A stretch of 64,000 nt of DNA from Podarcis gaigeae. Its lineage: Eukaryota. This document shows, piece by piece, positions 39,531-53,548 of this stretch. The number at the start of each line of letters is the position of its first letter. The first letter of the stretch is position 1. The notes beneath the pieces are model-generated. The model saw only the letters and a list, made by a program, of their open reading frames with translations, made no database searches and was not told where the DNA came from. The translations under genes and the position numbers were made by a program. Location of the stretch: assembly GCA_964106915.2 (NCBI GenBank), contig OZ066918.1, one strand, 5' to 3'.

Positions 39531-40121
39531 CAGGCTAATTTTGCCTTTAAGAATGCAGCATTATCCCGATTGACCTGCGGAGACTGGGAGAATTTACCCA
39601 AAATAATAATAAATTTTATTTGTACCCCGCCCTCCTCAGCCACAGCAGGGCTCCAGCATAGAAGACAACAGTGAGACCTCTTTTTTTCTTTTCGCCTGCA
39701 TCTTTAATCACATCTTGGACTACTCTTGGGCTTCCTTCTTTATTTTAAATAATCTGAGGCTGCTTGTTTTCAGGAGTCTTTACTTACTCAGGCATTATTA
39801 TTTTTTAATAAAAAATAAATAAAAATTTCACAGCACTTGGATTGACTGCCAAACAGTTAAAAGTCTGCCTCCTCCCATAGTAACACTTGCTCAAAGCAAG
39901 AGATGTCAGGAAGAACAGAAGACAGCCTTTGACTTAACACCCATAAATATTAGTAATGCATGAAGAGAGTATTATTTCAGGTGTGATTCACTCTAATCTG
40001 CAGTGAGCACAAGAGATCATAACACTTCAACATTTATATGAATGATAAAGACAGCCCCTTAGAAGCAAGGCCCTGTTCTTTAAGTCCTTTCTATCCTTTC
40101 TCTCTCTCCCACTCTCCCCAG

Positions 40122-40310
40122 TATTGCAGGAGTGCAATGCATGAATTTATCTGGTTATTCTAAAGGCCATGGCTACAGGGCTGGGGAAACTTTCACAGGA
40201 GAGTATGACCATGCCTGGAATGCAGTTTACCTTGATGGAAGATGGCATTTGGTGGACAGCACCTGGGGAAGTGGCTCCATTGATGACTGTTTCAGCAAAT
40301 TTACCTTCAG
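40122..40310 (+). CDS. KY: KY coding exon 9, contains the catalytic-type His and Asp (DHAWNAVYLDGRWHLVDSTWGSG)
   Basis: Long pyrimidine tract plus cAG, AG|GTATGA donor, 189 nt; HAWN...D-x-TW transglutaminase-like motif. Confidence 0.97.
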
Positions 40311-40449
40311 GTATGATTGTCCTTTCCTCCTCCCTATAGCTCTGAGGCACAGGGGTGGGGATAGGCAAAACAGGTAGCTTTCCTTGGTCACATTCAAGGG
40401 CTCTGCAACATATACTGTTTGATTTGCTTGCTTCATTTATAACTACTTA

Positions 40450-40512
40450 TTAGCAGAGTTTGTAACCTGAAGCGTTTGTAACCTGATGCATTTGTAACTC
40501 AAGGTACCACTA
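40450..40512. mobile_element. Truncated right end of the same MITE family
   Basis: tgtaacctgaagcg repeats plus aaggtaccact TIR remnant. Confidence 0.7.
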
Positions 40513-40604
40513 TATAGGGAAATCCAAGAAGATGGGGAGGATGGAGATTTCAGTGCTTTGCATAATCCTGTCTATGAAGCAGAATGACTGAATTATGCAA
40601 TTTA

Positions 40605-40954
40605 GGGATACGGGTGGCGCTGTGGGTAAAACCTCAGTGCCTAGGACTTGCCGATCGTATGGTCAGCGGTTCAAATCCCCGCGGCGGGGTGAGCTCCCGT
40701 CGTTCGGTCCCAGCCCACCTAGCAGTACGAAAGCACCCCTAAGTGCAAGTAGATAAATAGGTACCGCTTTATAGCGGGAAGGTAACGGCGTTTCCATGCG
40801 CTGCGCTGGTGCTGGCTCGCCAGAGCAGTTTCGTCACGTGACCGGAAGTGTCTCCGGACAGCGCTGGCCCCCGGCCTCTTAAGTGAGATGGGCGCACAAC
40901 CCTAGAGTCGGACACGACTGGCCTGTACGGGAAGGGGTACCTTTACCTTTACCT
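40605..40954 (+). mobile_element. Sauria SINE in KY intron 9 (CpG-rich, younger copy)
   Basis: Homologous to 128-510; Bov-B-like 3' end gagtcggacacgact and (ACCTTT)n tail. Confidence 0.92.
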
Positions 40955-41414
40955 AACTATCCAGGACCATACTATGGTTTAAAATCCTGGTTAATATGTT
41001 AACATTAGTTCCTCAGTAACATAACTAGCAACTCAACCTTAAACAGACCAGGACTGATATGAGAAAATCAGTGCATAAACTATGCATTATTAAGCCAGGA
41101 GCATTATAACCAAACTGGGCCATTGATAAATTACACTATAACAGGCAGCCTCATTTGACTGCACCCTCTGTTCTACTGTATTCTCAGCCAAATCCGTCCA
41201 GCCCCAAATCTACACATCCCATCTCTTCATTTTGCCTCCTAGAACTCAGCTGTGTTTCCTACCATCATTCCGGTCCTAATTTATGTACAGTTTAAAGGAA
41301 ACCCCCATTGATAAACCTATCTAGAACTGCAGCCGTGGTTAAGATTCAGTTTAAGGCAGAAAGCTAAGAGCACCCGGTGCCAGTGATGTATTGACCTCTC
41401 CTTTCTTGTTCCAG

Positions 41415-41605
41415 ATACAACGAATTTTATTTCCTCACCCACCCCGCCCTATTTATTAATAATCATTTCCCAGACAACAGCAATTGGCAGCTCCTCAAAC
41501 CAGCTGTGACATTGAAACAGTTTGAGAGCAACATGTTATATAAGAGTGACTTTTACATGATGGGATTGCTGGCAGCCCACCCAGAAACACCAATTATTCA
41601 AACAG
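41415..41605 (+). CDS. KY: KY coding exon 10 (YNEFYFLTHPALFINNHFPDNSNWQLLKP...)
   Basis: ttgttccAG acceptor, G|GTACAG donor; near-identical to recalled human YNEFYFLTHPALFIEDHFPDNKNWQLLKP. Confidence 0.96.
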
Positions 41606-42459
41606 GTACAGTGATACATGTCATTGCCCCATGCTGATCTTATTATAAGGAACAGTTCCAGCTTTTGGTAGGGGACTAAAAATAATAATAATAAAAGTAG
41701 CAAAGGTTAGGATTTAGGCTGCTGGATTACTTTTAAAAGATTAGCTCTGTGGGACTAAAGCATGGGGTTCAAAGTTCTGCAGCCTTTTTTGATCATAATC
41801 ACCATTACCCTTGGGGTACCAATCGGTGTAAAATACGAAGTGCTATTTATTACCCATCACATTGCTTGTGCCCCAAGGATATTTATATTCCAGCCTGAAG
41901 TGAAGGGGAAAGTTTCAGAAAATTCTGGGCTGAGGCTCAGAGCCTTATGTGGGTGCAAGTTAGTACACTTGAGTTTCAGAAGCTCCCCATGGTGTCATTC
42001 AGAACCTAACCATGGAACGAATAATTTCATTTTGAAATCCTGTCTTTTGAACTCTCTCAGACTTCTCTGAAACTGACAAGTTTCTAAGGGGTTGTAGTCA
42101 AAAGTGCAGGCAGCTTGAGCTGTAACTGAAAGACATTGGTGCTTTCATCTTTTCCAAGAATGATGAGCAATTCTACTGCATTTGTAATAAAACAGAAGCA
42201 AACAAGTACCCGAAAATGAAGGCTTCCCGCCCTTAATCCTCTTGTTATTTATTCTGAATTTGGACTTGACAGACGCTTGTCAAATTCTAACCAGCCAACC
42301 ATAATATTCTCCCTTTCACTGCCAAAATGATTGACAGTACAGCAGGCAATTCCATTCTCCAGGTCATTTTCTCCAGCTTTTTTTTTTTTTGATTGATTTG
42401 TATTTTTGAGTAAATAGTAAGAAACATCCTAACCAGCCTCCTTTCTTTGCATGTCACAG

Positions 42460-43364
42460 TAAATGGGAAAGTAGTAGTAGCTGTGGAGACTCGTTTGCCG
42501 ATGCTGTTCATGTTTGAACTGAAAGGGGCAAAGGAATATAGCTTGATGACTCTGAAGAGGAATGGGATGAACCTGGAGCTCTACCCACAGAAGACGGGGA
42601 CCCATAAGCTACAGATCTACGCCAAACCATCCAAAGGCTCAGATGAAGTCTACAACTGTGTGATAGAATATACATTAGAGTGTAGCTCTGTAGACAGGAA
42701 CGTCTGCTTTCCAAAGGAACTTCATCAACCTGTTGGGCCCAGCTGGTTCTCAGAGAGACAAGGATTCCTCAAGCCCTCGCAAAAAGGCCCAATCATTCAT
42801 ACCAGTGATGGGCGCTACGATCTCAGCTTCATCCTCAGCAAGGACTTGAGTGTTTTAGCTTCCCTCCATTCGGGCAACGTGAGCCTCAGCGAGGATACAA
42901 CAAGACGGCACATCTTGCAAGCTTGCCAAGGAAACCAGGTGGACTTTAAGATCCACCTTCCTCATGCAGGGAACTTTGCTTTTAAAATCTTTGCGAAAAA
43001 GAAGTCTGATCCCGGAAATTATAACTATGTCTTCAACTACCTCATCTGTTGCCCAAACACCAAGGTGAAATGGCCAGTGTTCCCCCAGACTTATAGCAAG
43101 TGGGTGGAGGGTTATGTGCTAGTGGAGCCGCTAGCCGGGTTGCTCCCTGCTGACCGCAACGTTAAGTTTAAACTCAAGCTTCATAGCATTACCAAGGCTT
43201 TTGTTCAATGTGAAAAAATCTGCCCCTTGTCTTTAAGCAAGGATGGCTACTGGGAGGGATCTTGCAGCACATCAGGCTGCACAGAGGTCTATGTGATGGT
43301 GCTGGAAAATGCCAATCACAAGTTCTACTCTCACATCTTGAAATATGAAGTAGAGCCACAGTAG
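42460..43364 (+). CDS. KY: KY terminal coding exon 11 (VNGKVVV...ILKYEVEPQ*)
   Basis: 305-aa ORF-track entry; tcacAG acceptor at 42459; C-terminus YWEGSCSTSGCTEVYVMVLENANHKFYSHILKY matches KY. The 11 exons sum to 1959 nt (652 aa plus stop). Confidence 0.97.
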
Positions 43365-46300
43365 GAGGCCACTCCTACTCGTATCATATGTCCACATGTG
43401 CAGCGAGATCTGATATATCACAGTTCATACCGCTCTCGAGTAATTCCTTAAGGCTCCCTTAACATTGGGGAATAGTGCTCACCCCTCTCTGAAGCACCAA
43501 CGAAACAATACAACTTGATCAAAACTTCCTGAATGGTATTACACAATGAGTGGCATTTGTAGGAAATGTATAGTTTCTTTACCAGTGTAAAGTCATACTT
43601 CCCATATACATAATTTCAACTATAGATTATTCCTGCGCTAGAAGCCTAGTACATTATGCACATTTCCCCACCTAGTCCACCTCCATTTTAGGATGCAACT
43701 GCTGATTTCTGAATGGCTTACATTCAACAAATATGTTATGGGCAACAAAGGGGCATTCTCTAACTCATTGTGGGCCAGGAAGAGAGAAGGACCACACACT
43801 TTTGAGCATCAATGTGAGAGTGGCTGCAGAATCTCATCAAAACACATATTGGTGCAAGAATATAATCCAAATGGAAGCTTTCTTGTGTGCACTTCATTGT
43901 CTTACAAATATAAATGATACTGCGAAAACAAGTTTTTACACCAGATCTTAAAAGCAATTAAATACTAGTTTTTATCTCATTGGGCTGTGGTGCTTTTTAA
44001 ATGACATGGTAAGGAACATGTATGTGAACAAAAGGGCAATTTAATTCTTAACTAATTTGCAACCTTATCAAATAAGAAAAGATTGTGCTGCTGATTTTAG
44101 GAAATAGCAATTCACCAAATGTGAAACACAGTGGGATAACCAAAGACAATCTTGATGACCTGTACAGAATGAAACACGAACACAAAGGTATCATAGATAA
44201 AAGTTAGTTTCTATATAAACACATGAACCCTTTTGGTCAAACATGGATAGTTTAGTATAACAGCAAAGATCTGTGGTTTAAATCAGAAAATGAATTTATT
44301 TTAACACAAGTTATAATCTGTCTAATCTTCTATATGATCAATAGACTGCAATTTGCTTTTTAAAAAATCCTTGTATCTAATCAAAATTCAGGGAGCTGAC
44401 TGGAAAGCCCTGGAGGTTTTTCAGTGCTGTGACATTAATTTTTTATTACAAATTTCATATATTCATTGAACCATGTGGATTCATTGCCTAGACCAAAAAA
44501 TATCAGCAATTCGTTTTTTCCATGTGCCTTTAAAAGTTTTGTTTTACCGGTTTTTGGAGGAATATATATACTTGAAGCAAGCCCCGTGTCAAATGAGTAA
44601 TTCTTCCTGCTGTGACTTGGTTCGCACCAATAGACAACAGTTTAAGGACCAATATAGATGGTCAAGTGGCATGTGTCCCAACTGCATCTTCCCCACAGCA
44701 CCTTGAATGAAGGTGCTAATATTACCCAATCCGTTATTCAGCTTTGGGGAAGCAGAAGGGAAGATAGCTATGCTCCTGTTCAAACAACTTCCGACCCACC
44801 ACACTTTAAATTATAGTACCCACTAGAAGAAGCCAGGGAAAGACTGTGGATGCAATAGTTAATGACACTCTGAAGAATGATGAAGCACAAGGTGGTGCAA
44901 GCATGACAGGCCACATATATAATTAAAAGAACATTGTAAGATGAGCTTTGTAGGGTCTCTAAAGGAGGGGAGCACTCATTTAGTAAAAAAAATAAAGTAA
45001 AAGGGAAAGTTAAAAACATGAGAGGAACATTTTGGCACTCTCATGACTCATAACTTTCCAATAGGCTCCTGTGTCATTTTTGTAATATTGTACAATCACA
45101 TTACATGCAGCCATTGTATTAGCTATATTATTTTAGAGGATCCAAAGAATTAAATTTCCTTTAGAGGTGAGTTGGAGCGTGATTGTGCCAGCCATACAGA
45201 TAACATCTGCCAACGGATGAGTGACAATTGCTGCTACCCCTGCCTGTCTGTTGCTAACCCAAAATTATAATATGGCCTGGGTAAGTAAGTTTGAGAAGGC
45301 TTCCTTTTGTCACTCTTGAACCTACTGCCGTATTCAGCTTCATCTACAGATCCTAAAAACAGAGGAAGAAAAGTCTTAACCCAGATGTCTGGAAGGCACC
45401 ATGTTGGCTACCCCCAAAATGCATATAGTAACTGGGATTCTGTGCTGTAAATCAGGAAGCAGTTGATCGAAATCTTGCATCTGCCATAGTCTGATTAGGT
45501 GACTTTAACAAACCCTTCTCTTTTTCTATATTTGGAAACAATACCAGCCTACCCAACATAGCTAGGAGGATTACAAAGACTTTGAACACTCTTATCATTG
45601 TTTTATTCTACACTTTCACATCACTAATGGATCATTAGAAATTTCTCGGAAAAGAGAAAGCCCTGCATTGCTTTCTGAAGGCTTACGCTGCAGGGCTCAG
45701 TTAAGCCTCCTAGGGAAAACAATTTCACAGGACTCCGATACTAAAAGGCCCTGCTCTGGGCTATAAACTAGATCTTACAGAGCACAAAAAATGGTATTTG
45801 GTGCAGGGCTGCCTCTAAGGAAGTTAAAGGACAAGCAAGCTCAGCTGCTGGATGCAATCTTCTATATCTGATGTGAAGGCAGATAATACTGAACACCAGC
45901 CAAAGCATAATCCTTAAACTTTCTCTGAACTCTTTTACTGAGGATTACCAATTAAACCTACTAATATAATACACATTGATTCTCAGTTTTTTTTAAAAAA
46001 AAATATGTAAAGTAGAAGGCGAACATCTGGCTCAGCCTTGCAAGCAAAAAGGAAACTCTTTGGTGTTATTAAAAGGCTCAGTTCAAAGAAAAAACTCCCC
46101 TCCAGCTTCATTAATTATAAAACTGTTAAGGCCAACTGATTATTCCAAAGGGATGTTCAACATTCTCAAGGCATAGATGAATGCATGGAAACCCTGCAGC
46201 CACAGATAAAAGTGCCTCAGAAGTCTGCACTAGCTTTGTCATCACCCTCCAGGATAAACAACCTTCCTCCACCTCCAAAACATGCATATTTACAGTCTCA

Positions 46301-49300
46301 ACACATTAAGCCCACTCAAGAGTTTTTGATGATGTAGCCCACAAACTACCGTACACATAACTCCTAATATAATTTTTTCTTTGCCCTTAACTCATCAGTC
46401 CTTTCTAGCATTTTCTGTACTCTATATGCACGGGGAAGCAACAAGCAGGAATACCAACCTCCTTGTGCAATTTGCTCATCTCAGATTGCTGTCCATTTTG
46501 GGACTAACAGTTTGCCCTGCCAAAGTACAGCACTGTCTCAGGTTCTTGGCACCTCTGTTATTACAACTCTCTTTCCAAGAATGAAGCAGTGTTTCCCCTG
46601 AATTAAAAAAAACACAGTAACCAACTCTGTTACATGAAGCAACACGAGTGAAGTGGCACAGAACATTTTTTGTACCTCTTTAGGATCAGATAGACCTCCA
46701 GGGGAAAAAATTTGATACACCCAAATTAGTTTTTGATTTAAAGCAATTTGTGTTGGATCAGAATGGAGGTGGGGGGGTGAGCCACCAAAGATATTCCTCA
46801 CCAAATACACTACTTTTGCTCTATACAACATAGAGATGCCCCACAGTTTTTTAGAAGGGACTGAGCAATGTTACGATGTTAGATATATTTACAAGAGAAT
46901 GTTAAGGTGCTCTCGTCTTTGCCCAATTATGAATGTCACAAAGGGAATTATATTGAACTCGATGGCGGCATGCACAACATCCTTGAAGATTTAGCAAGAT
47001 AGGAAAAAGTATGGCTGCAACAAGGCATATTTTATATCCCAAGGTACACTACGCATTTCAAATTTTTAAGAAGCATCTTCTTTTCTTTCCACTGATAATG
47101 TTCTCTAAGGAATGTTTGCCTCCACAGCACTGCACAATCTGGAGCACCTATTACTACACTTTATTTTCTACCCTCTGCATTACTGGAGGTCAACTTAAAG
47201 ATCATCATACAGTAGGAAATGAATAGCCTTTGGGGAAACATCAACACTGGTTTGATGCCAACTCTGTCACACATGATACAATAGCCTTATGCACTGCAGA
47301 ACCTGCAAGCCAGAGTCAGAGTTCTCCCTGGTTCAGAGAGCAAAGTGTCAAACAGGAGATCATAGAAAGCCACAGTTGTTGAACTCTCCTGACCAACACT
47401 CACAGTGGAAAAATGTTGATCTTCAAGTCACAGAATTTGAAGAATTTTTGTTATTCTCATTCAGTAGCAGTCCATTTTAAAGACTGTCATATTTGTTACG
47501 AAGTGATTATTTTTGTACTCTTCAAGTTTCACAAAAACAAATCACAACATCTCTGAAACTGCATCTGGAATGGATTCATAACTATTCACATTTTCAGGGA
47601 TCCAAAACTTAGTTTGCTGGCCACTCCCATAGAAGTCACCTCTATGTGCAGGGAAAGTCAATCCCAATGTACATGTCAGGTTCCTTGTGTATGGCAGAAA
47701 TTCCTTGCTCAATATGAAGGGCAAAATTACAAGGTCTCCCTGTCTGACTTCTGTCTTCCAAGGAGTAAATCTGTAGCATGTGCTTCTTGACTCGAGCAGC
47801 TATTTCCTGTACTTTCAGTCCCTCTACTCAAAATGTTAACACCAGGGCTCTTACACAAGAAATGATAGAGTATACTCACTTTGCGGGGGCAGCTACCCAA
47901 CCACTTTTTAACAAAAAAAAAAATGCTATGTGTGCTTTGACAAGAATTGTTCACCATTCCTACAAAACAACATAAATTTTAAAAAAATGTCTGTCTTCAT
48001 GCCACATTTGATTTCATATTGTCTATCAGTGTCAAGCTGCTGTGAGAGGTGTTGACGAAGAATGACATGAAGCCATAAAAATCAAACACAGCAAGCAAAA
48101 CACAGGAGTTAGCACACTGGAAAGAGGTTGGTGATGTACAGAGACTATTACATTTAAGATAGAGGCAAACATCAAAAAGATGCTCTTGCAGAGCAGGAAT
48201 TCTCCAGAATCAAGATTTAGAAGGTTGTTAATTATGGCCGGCCTTCTAGCAGCAGTAACATCCTCAGCTTGGCAACAAACCTTTCTGCATCTAGAAATAC
48301 AGATGTCCTCCACTTTCTCAAGATAACGTATTCTCAAGATCATCCATTCAGCAAAGGATAATTAGCATTAATACCATCATGTATATGGGAGCAAATTCAA
48401 GTTAAAACCTCTAAAAATATGTTATTGAAAAGGGGAGGTACTGGTCACATACAGGGGCTTCCCTGACCTATAGAAGAAACAATAAATGAAAGGTATAGAC
48501 TACATTGAACAGATGAACAGAAGCCTTTGAAAAGGAAAAGTAAGAGATTTAGAATTTAAATGAACACATGGATTATTCTCTAAGGATTCAGGGGTCAAGG
48601 CTGAATATCTGCACCATTTTCATATTTCACTGAAAATATTTTAAATCTAGTAATTCATTTTTGTAATTCAGATTGGATTATCAAGGGCCAATAAGGCAGA
48701 AAGGATTAATTGGGGTGGGAATGGAAGCCTAATGCTTGGGATCTTGGTTTCTGCTCAAGGACACATTTTTAAAGATACACATTTCTTGTTTAAGCTAAAA
48801 CAACTTTTTAATAGCTGTCTGGCAGATTGACCAGCCTTCTAAATTTGCTCTTATGGCTGTGAGCAGCTGCTTAGTACTTCATAAGGCAGCTGTTGTTTAA
48901 GTAAAATGGATTTCATGTATAGGTGTTTATTACTTACATTGAACTTCACCTTCTGTACCAACTTATCTTCCACCAAAACACCCTCTCTTTTCATGGAATA
49001 TCTATTTCACTGCATTTTGTCCTCTTCAACTATGAAAGAAAAATAGTAATAAGACAGACCCCCAATGGAACCACTACCACATCATTATGTAGTGTTTGGT
49101 ATGCAAGTGATAGCAACACAAAGTACAGGAAACTCCAACTCTACAAGAAAACTAAAAAGGAAGCAAAATCGCAACTCCTTTTCTTGGTTTCTCAAACTGT
49201 TTGAATAACATATTTCATGGAATAAACATCAAGCAAAATTGGAAGCAAAAAGTAACCTAATTCCCAAAATGGTCAGCAACATGGGTTGTAACGATATAAG

Positions 49301-49319
49301 AAGATGGGTTAGTTGTCAT

Positions 49320-49362
49320 TTTATTTATTCACATGGATATATAAATATAAAATAGATTTATT
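49320..49362 (-). terminator. Candidate CEP63 polyadenylation signals (three AATAAA on - strand)
   Basis: tttatt on + at 49320, 49324 and 49357, about 270-310 nt after the CEP63 stop. Confidence 0.55.
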
Positions 49363-49632
49363 TTCTTTTGCAAAAAAAGCACTACATCATTCCCTCCTGA
49401 AAGTCACTGCACACTCTTGCACAGCAGGACTAAATAAGGCATCTAGAAAGTAGTGCAATTACTGCCCCCAGACAAAATGCCTTGCTACAAACTTCATTTC
49501 CTTGGTTTCACCACCACTAAAACCAGGAAAAAGAAGAAGAGCCCCTTTCTAGCTGCTGAAGGCTCCCATGGTCCCCTTCTTGATGCATCTTATATTAAGC
49601 CAGCTTTCCAATCCTCGGGTCTTGAAGCAATG

Positions 49633-49791
49633 TCACTTTTGGTGTTTGAACTGCTGTATTGTCATTTCACTCTCCTTTTTCAACTCCTCAATATGTGCAT
49701 CTAAGCGTTCTAAGATATGTTGAGATCTTTCTTCTTCCTCCTCCAAGAACTTGACAGCAATCGCACCAATGTTTGTTGTAGGCAACGGGCT
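49633..49791 (-). CDS. CEP63: CEP63 terminal coding exon ([52 protein letters not shown])
   Basis: tttttAG acceptor, TGA at 49635-49633; [24 protein letters not shown] is the conserved C-terminal (CEP152-binding) region. Confidence 0.96.
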   Translation of the reverse strand, partial: SPLPTTNIGAIAVKFLEEEEERSQHILERLDAHIEELKKESEMTIQQFKHQK

Positions 49792-50630
49792 CTAAAAATA
49801 AAACATATATGTTGAACAGGACTCAACCAGAAGATTATTTCTGGCCTATTGCTACATTTTACTATTTAACTGCATCTATGGACAGAAATCCCCTAAGCAA
49901 AGCATCATCTCAGCACTGTTGGTATATATTTAACCCTGAAAAATGTGAAAATGTTGGATTATATAGTATATGGCTAGTATTTGGCTTACACTATCATCCA
50001 AACATGTTAACTTGGAGATTAAATCTCATTTATTTCAATATAGTTTGCTTTTAAGCACACACACACCCTAAGCTTTCATCTATTGAGCTTAGATTGGGTG
50101 TGATGAAGTTGTACATTAGAAATCATGACTGAAATCTCTAGTAATTATTATTTGCCTTTAAAACACTGAAGTTAATTGAAATATTTTTAGGATTTGAAGT
50201 CACAGAAATGGGGCTGACTTCTGATTAAACAAGGTTAGAACTGTAAGCCTTTCATGCTCCCCTCAAGATTCTCAATATACCTCAGCAAGCTATGGTCACG
50301 GAGTCACATCTTTAGAAAATAAAATTATAGGGTGGAATTCAATGTCACACACTTCTAATCGTTCTGTCTGCACAAGTATTTCAGCTTGTCAGACAGAATG
50401 AACCCCACCCCTCCTCCCTCTGCATGTTCTGGGGTTTCTCCCATGTGCCCTCAAGGCAATTCTGAAGTCATTGCGGGTGGGGAAGCCTTGTTACACAAGC
50501 AGAAGTCCTTAGTTGAGTTAAACCCTAAATGCACAACCAATAGAAACTGCATAAGTGTAAGAGGACATACGCTGCCTTTTCTGGAGCTACTGTACTAAAG
50601 ACCGACATTGCACATGAGTGTATCAATAGC

Positions 50631-50697
50631 TCATATTATAGGAACAACTTAATATTAATGTTTCATATTATAGGAACAACTTAATATTAATGTTTCA
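50631..50697. repeat. Perfect 32-bp tandem duplication
   Basis: tcatattataggaacaacttaatattaatgtt x2 plus tca. Confidence 0.95.
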
Positions 50698-51644
50698 GTT
50701 TTCTTAGTACTAGACATTGCAGGCACCAAATCCTATTCCACCCACTTCAGTGTGTCCACTTCCACATGGTTCTCCATTGCAAGAGCTACCATTATAATGT
50801 CTAAGGCCACAATCACAGCACACATTCAAGACATTATAAACAGACATGACGTCCCCCATAATTCTGGGAGATGTAGTTTGTTAAGGGTAGTGAGAGTTGT
50901 TAGGAAACCTCTAGTCCCTTCACAGACCTACAATTTTCAGAGGTCCCTGTGAAAGGGGGTTGATTGTTAAACCACTCTGAAAACCTGTAAAGGAACCATA
51001 GCTCCCAGAATTCTTTAGGGGAAGCTGTGACTGTGGATTTGCAGTACTTTGAATGTATTGGTGTGAATGTTGTTTACAGCTTTCCTAGGAGAGAGGTAGG
51101 CATGATAAAGAGCTGCTTATCCATAGAAGGGATTGCAGCATGCCAGCAACGAACTCACTGCTAGCGCAGCGTTGGCCAATCTCACCATGCCATGTGCGTG
51201 CATGCAAACCACTAGCAAAGAAAGCACAGGGAATTGGGAAGAAATGATGGAGAAGTAGGACCTATGAATAAGCCCTCCCTGTTCACCCATGTTTTCATCC
51301 AATCTTAAGCCCAGGTTTTGATAAGCAGCAAGTCAACTGAAGGGGGCAGTGGAATCCGCTTTGGTCTGCACGGAGACAAGGAACAATTCAATTGAACTTG
51401 GGACACCCCTTTCTATGCCTCTTGTCAACAAGCTGCTGCCACCTGGTGTCCTACTAACAGAATCCTTGCAGTCTTCATTTGAACAGAGGTTTTATGGCAT
51501 TTGGAAGACATTTTCAAATAAGATTTGTCTAGTCTGAGTAACACACACATCAAACATTTGTGGTAGTGGTTTTACATTAGGCATCACACTCAACCCTCGC
51601 AGATTCTGCATATAACTTGGTGTGACATTTTGTTTCATGCTTAC

Positions 51645-51927
51645 CAAAGATAGAAGGTCTTTCTCATTCTTGCCTAACATATAAGTAAATTCACTGTTTC
51701 CATGTGGCAAGGAATCTGATCTCAGAAGGGGATCACAGGACAAGGATTCAACAGAGTTGCTCCTGCTGATCTGGGGTGACAGTCCATCACCTGTACTAAA
51801 AACTCTTCTGGTTGACAAATGCTGCACTTTTTGAATTTCTTCTTCATAGTGCTGAACAGTCTTGTCAAATTTAACCTGAAGTTCTCTCATTTCTTCTTCA
51901 TGCTTACACTGCAGCTCTTGCAGTCTC
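51645..51927 (-). CDS. CEP63: CEP63 penultimate exon (RLQELQCKHEEEMRELQVKFDKTVQHYEEEIQK...LSPQISRSNS...LLSL)
   Basis: Inside ORF 51492..51935; tgtttAG acceptor, GTAAGC donor, 283 nt; LSPQIS motif shared with human. Confidence 0.88.
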
Positions 51928-52182
51928 CTAAACATGGATTTTTAAAAAAAGTTCACTCAATACAGCTCTTCTCAGCTGCAACTATTATGCAAGAACGCTT
52001 AGGAACAAACTAACTTTTTTCAATTCCAGGTGGAAAACACATGCAGTGCACAGAGACCTCAAGGTGTAGCAGCAGAATGATTTTCTGCAGAACTCCATAG
52101 TCGTCAAGCTATACTAGGATTTCAGCCATTGTAAACAATTCATCAGAACAAGAGAAAAACTTGTTGAACACACAGCTCTTAC

Positions 52183-52388
52183 CTGCTTTCCACATTCTTT
52201 ATCTCAGTCATCTGCTGCTGCATCTGCTGCATGATATTCTCATATCTGCCCTGAGACCTGCGGGATGAGGCTTCCAGGCTGGCTTTAGTTTCTGCTAGTT
52301 CTTTCAATAATCGCTGGTTTTCAGACTCCACCTTATTTAGGGCTTTGGTATAACTTTCCTGGAATTCTGCCAGGGGGGGACTTTTTCC
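52183..52388 (-). CDS. CEP63: CEP63 exon (GKSPPLAEFQESYTKALNKVESENQRLLKEL...)
   Basis: ccttaAG acceptor, AG|GTAAGA donor, 206 nt; resembles human [26 protein letters not shown]. Confidence 0.9.
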
Positions 52389-53548
52389 CTTAAGGTGACA
52401 GAAATGCTTTAGTCAGTGCTGCTGTGTTTGTTCACCAGCCCAGCTTTCCCTAGAAAGTTTGATTTTGTATTGCAAATTTAAGAAGTAAATTTTCCAAGTC
52501 TTCTACTAGGAAAAAAATCCCTTCAGAGTGTAAATCAATCACCAGCTGTCTGAATGAGTCTACATCTAGAAAGACCGAACTAATCAAACCTACGTAGGTA
52601 CAAGCTTCCCTCATTCATCTCAATTGGGTGTGAACTTCAAGACCAATTTGTGCTCACTTAAACGTCAGTCACATTAAATGTGTTCCAGCTGCATAGCTCA
52701 CCACTAACACCAAAGCCAAAGGGACTGCCTGCTTGTACCTGGATATACAAAAAATCTCCTGACACTCCATTCATTTGAAACCGCTGTGTGATTAGTGTAT
52801 TTGCCAACTGTAGAGAAAAGCTTAAATAACCAGCTGGGCCTGACCCCTCTAGAGTCACGAGTCCAAGATCCTATTACCAAGAAATCCAACCACGCATGCA
52901 CACACAGATCAGAGCATAACTGACGTCAGCTGAGCAACACTGAGCAAACATATCCATTTTTAAAATATAAAGTTTTTAGCTCAGTAATTTCCCTTAGTAA
53001 GATTATTTAACTCAGTCAGCCTCTACCCCATCTCCTTCACTTCCCTATTATAATCAGCTTGCAAGAGCTGTGAAATATCTGCAAATGCTGAGAAGTCCTT
53101 CAAGATTTTCAAGTGAAATTTCCTTCTGTATTTTCAAGTGGAGACGCAGAACATTATCAAACCTGTACCATTTGTTTCTCGTCACATCAAAACATTGAAA
53201 CACATTTTATAACATGTGATCTAGATTAATTTCATTTCAAAATATGAATACATTTGTAAACTGAAGAACAAAATCAAACTCAGAAACCCCCCCCATGGAG
53301 GCTGTAGGGACATAACTCCCACCCCTCTATGTGGAGGGCTATTGGACTCATGATCTGCTGCCCTGTTCACCCTATCTGTTCTAAAAATGAACACATGAAC
53401 AAGGAGATTTTCCAAAGTCTAGGGAGATCCCATGTTCACACTAACACAGGATCAATTTGGTTCACTTCTCCCCATAATGACAGAAGTGGAAAAAGAGATG
53501 GAAGGAAGCCCAAGGCTCACACGTTGCCTCACAAGGTACAGAAGAGAC

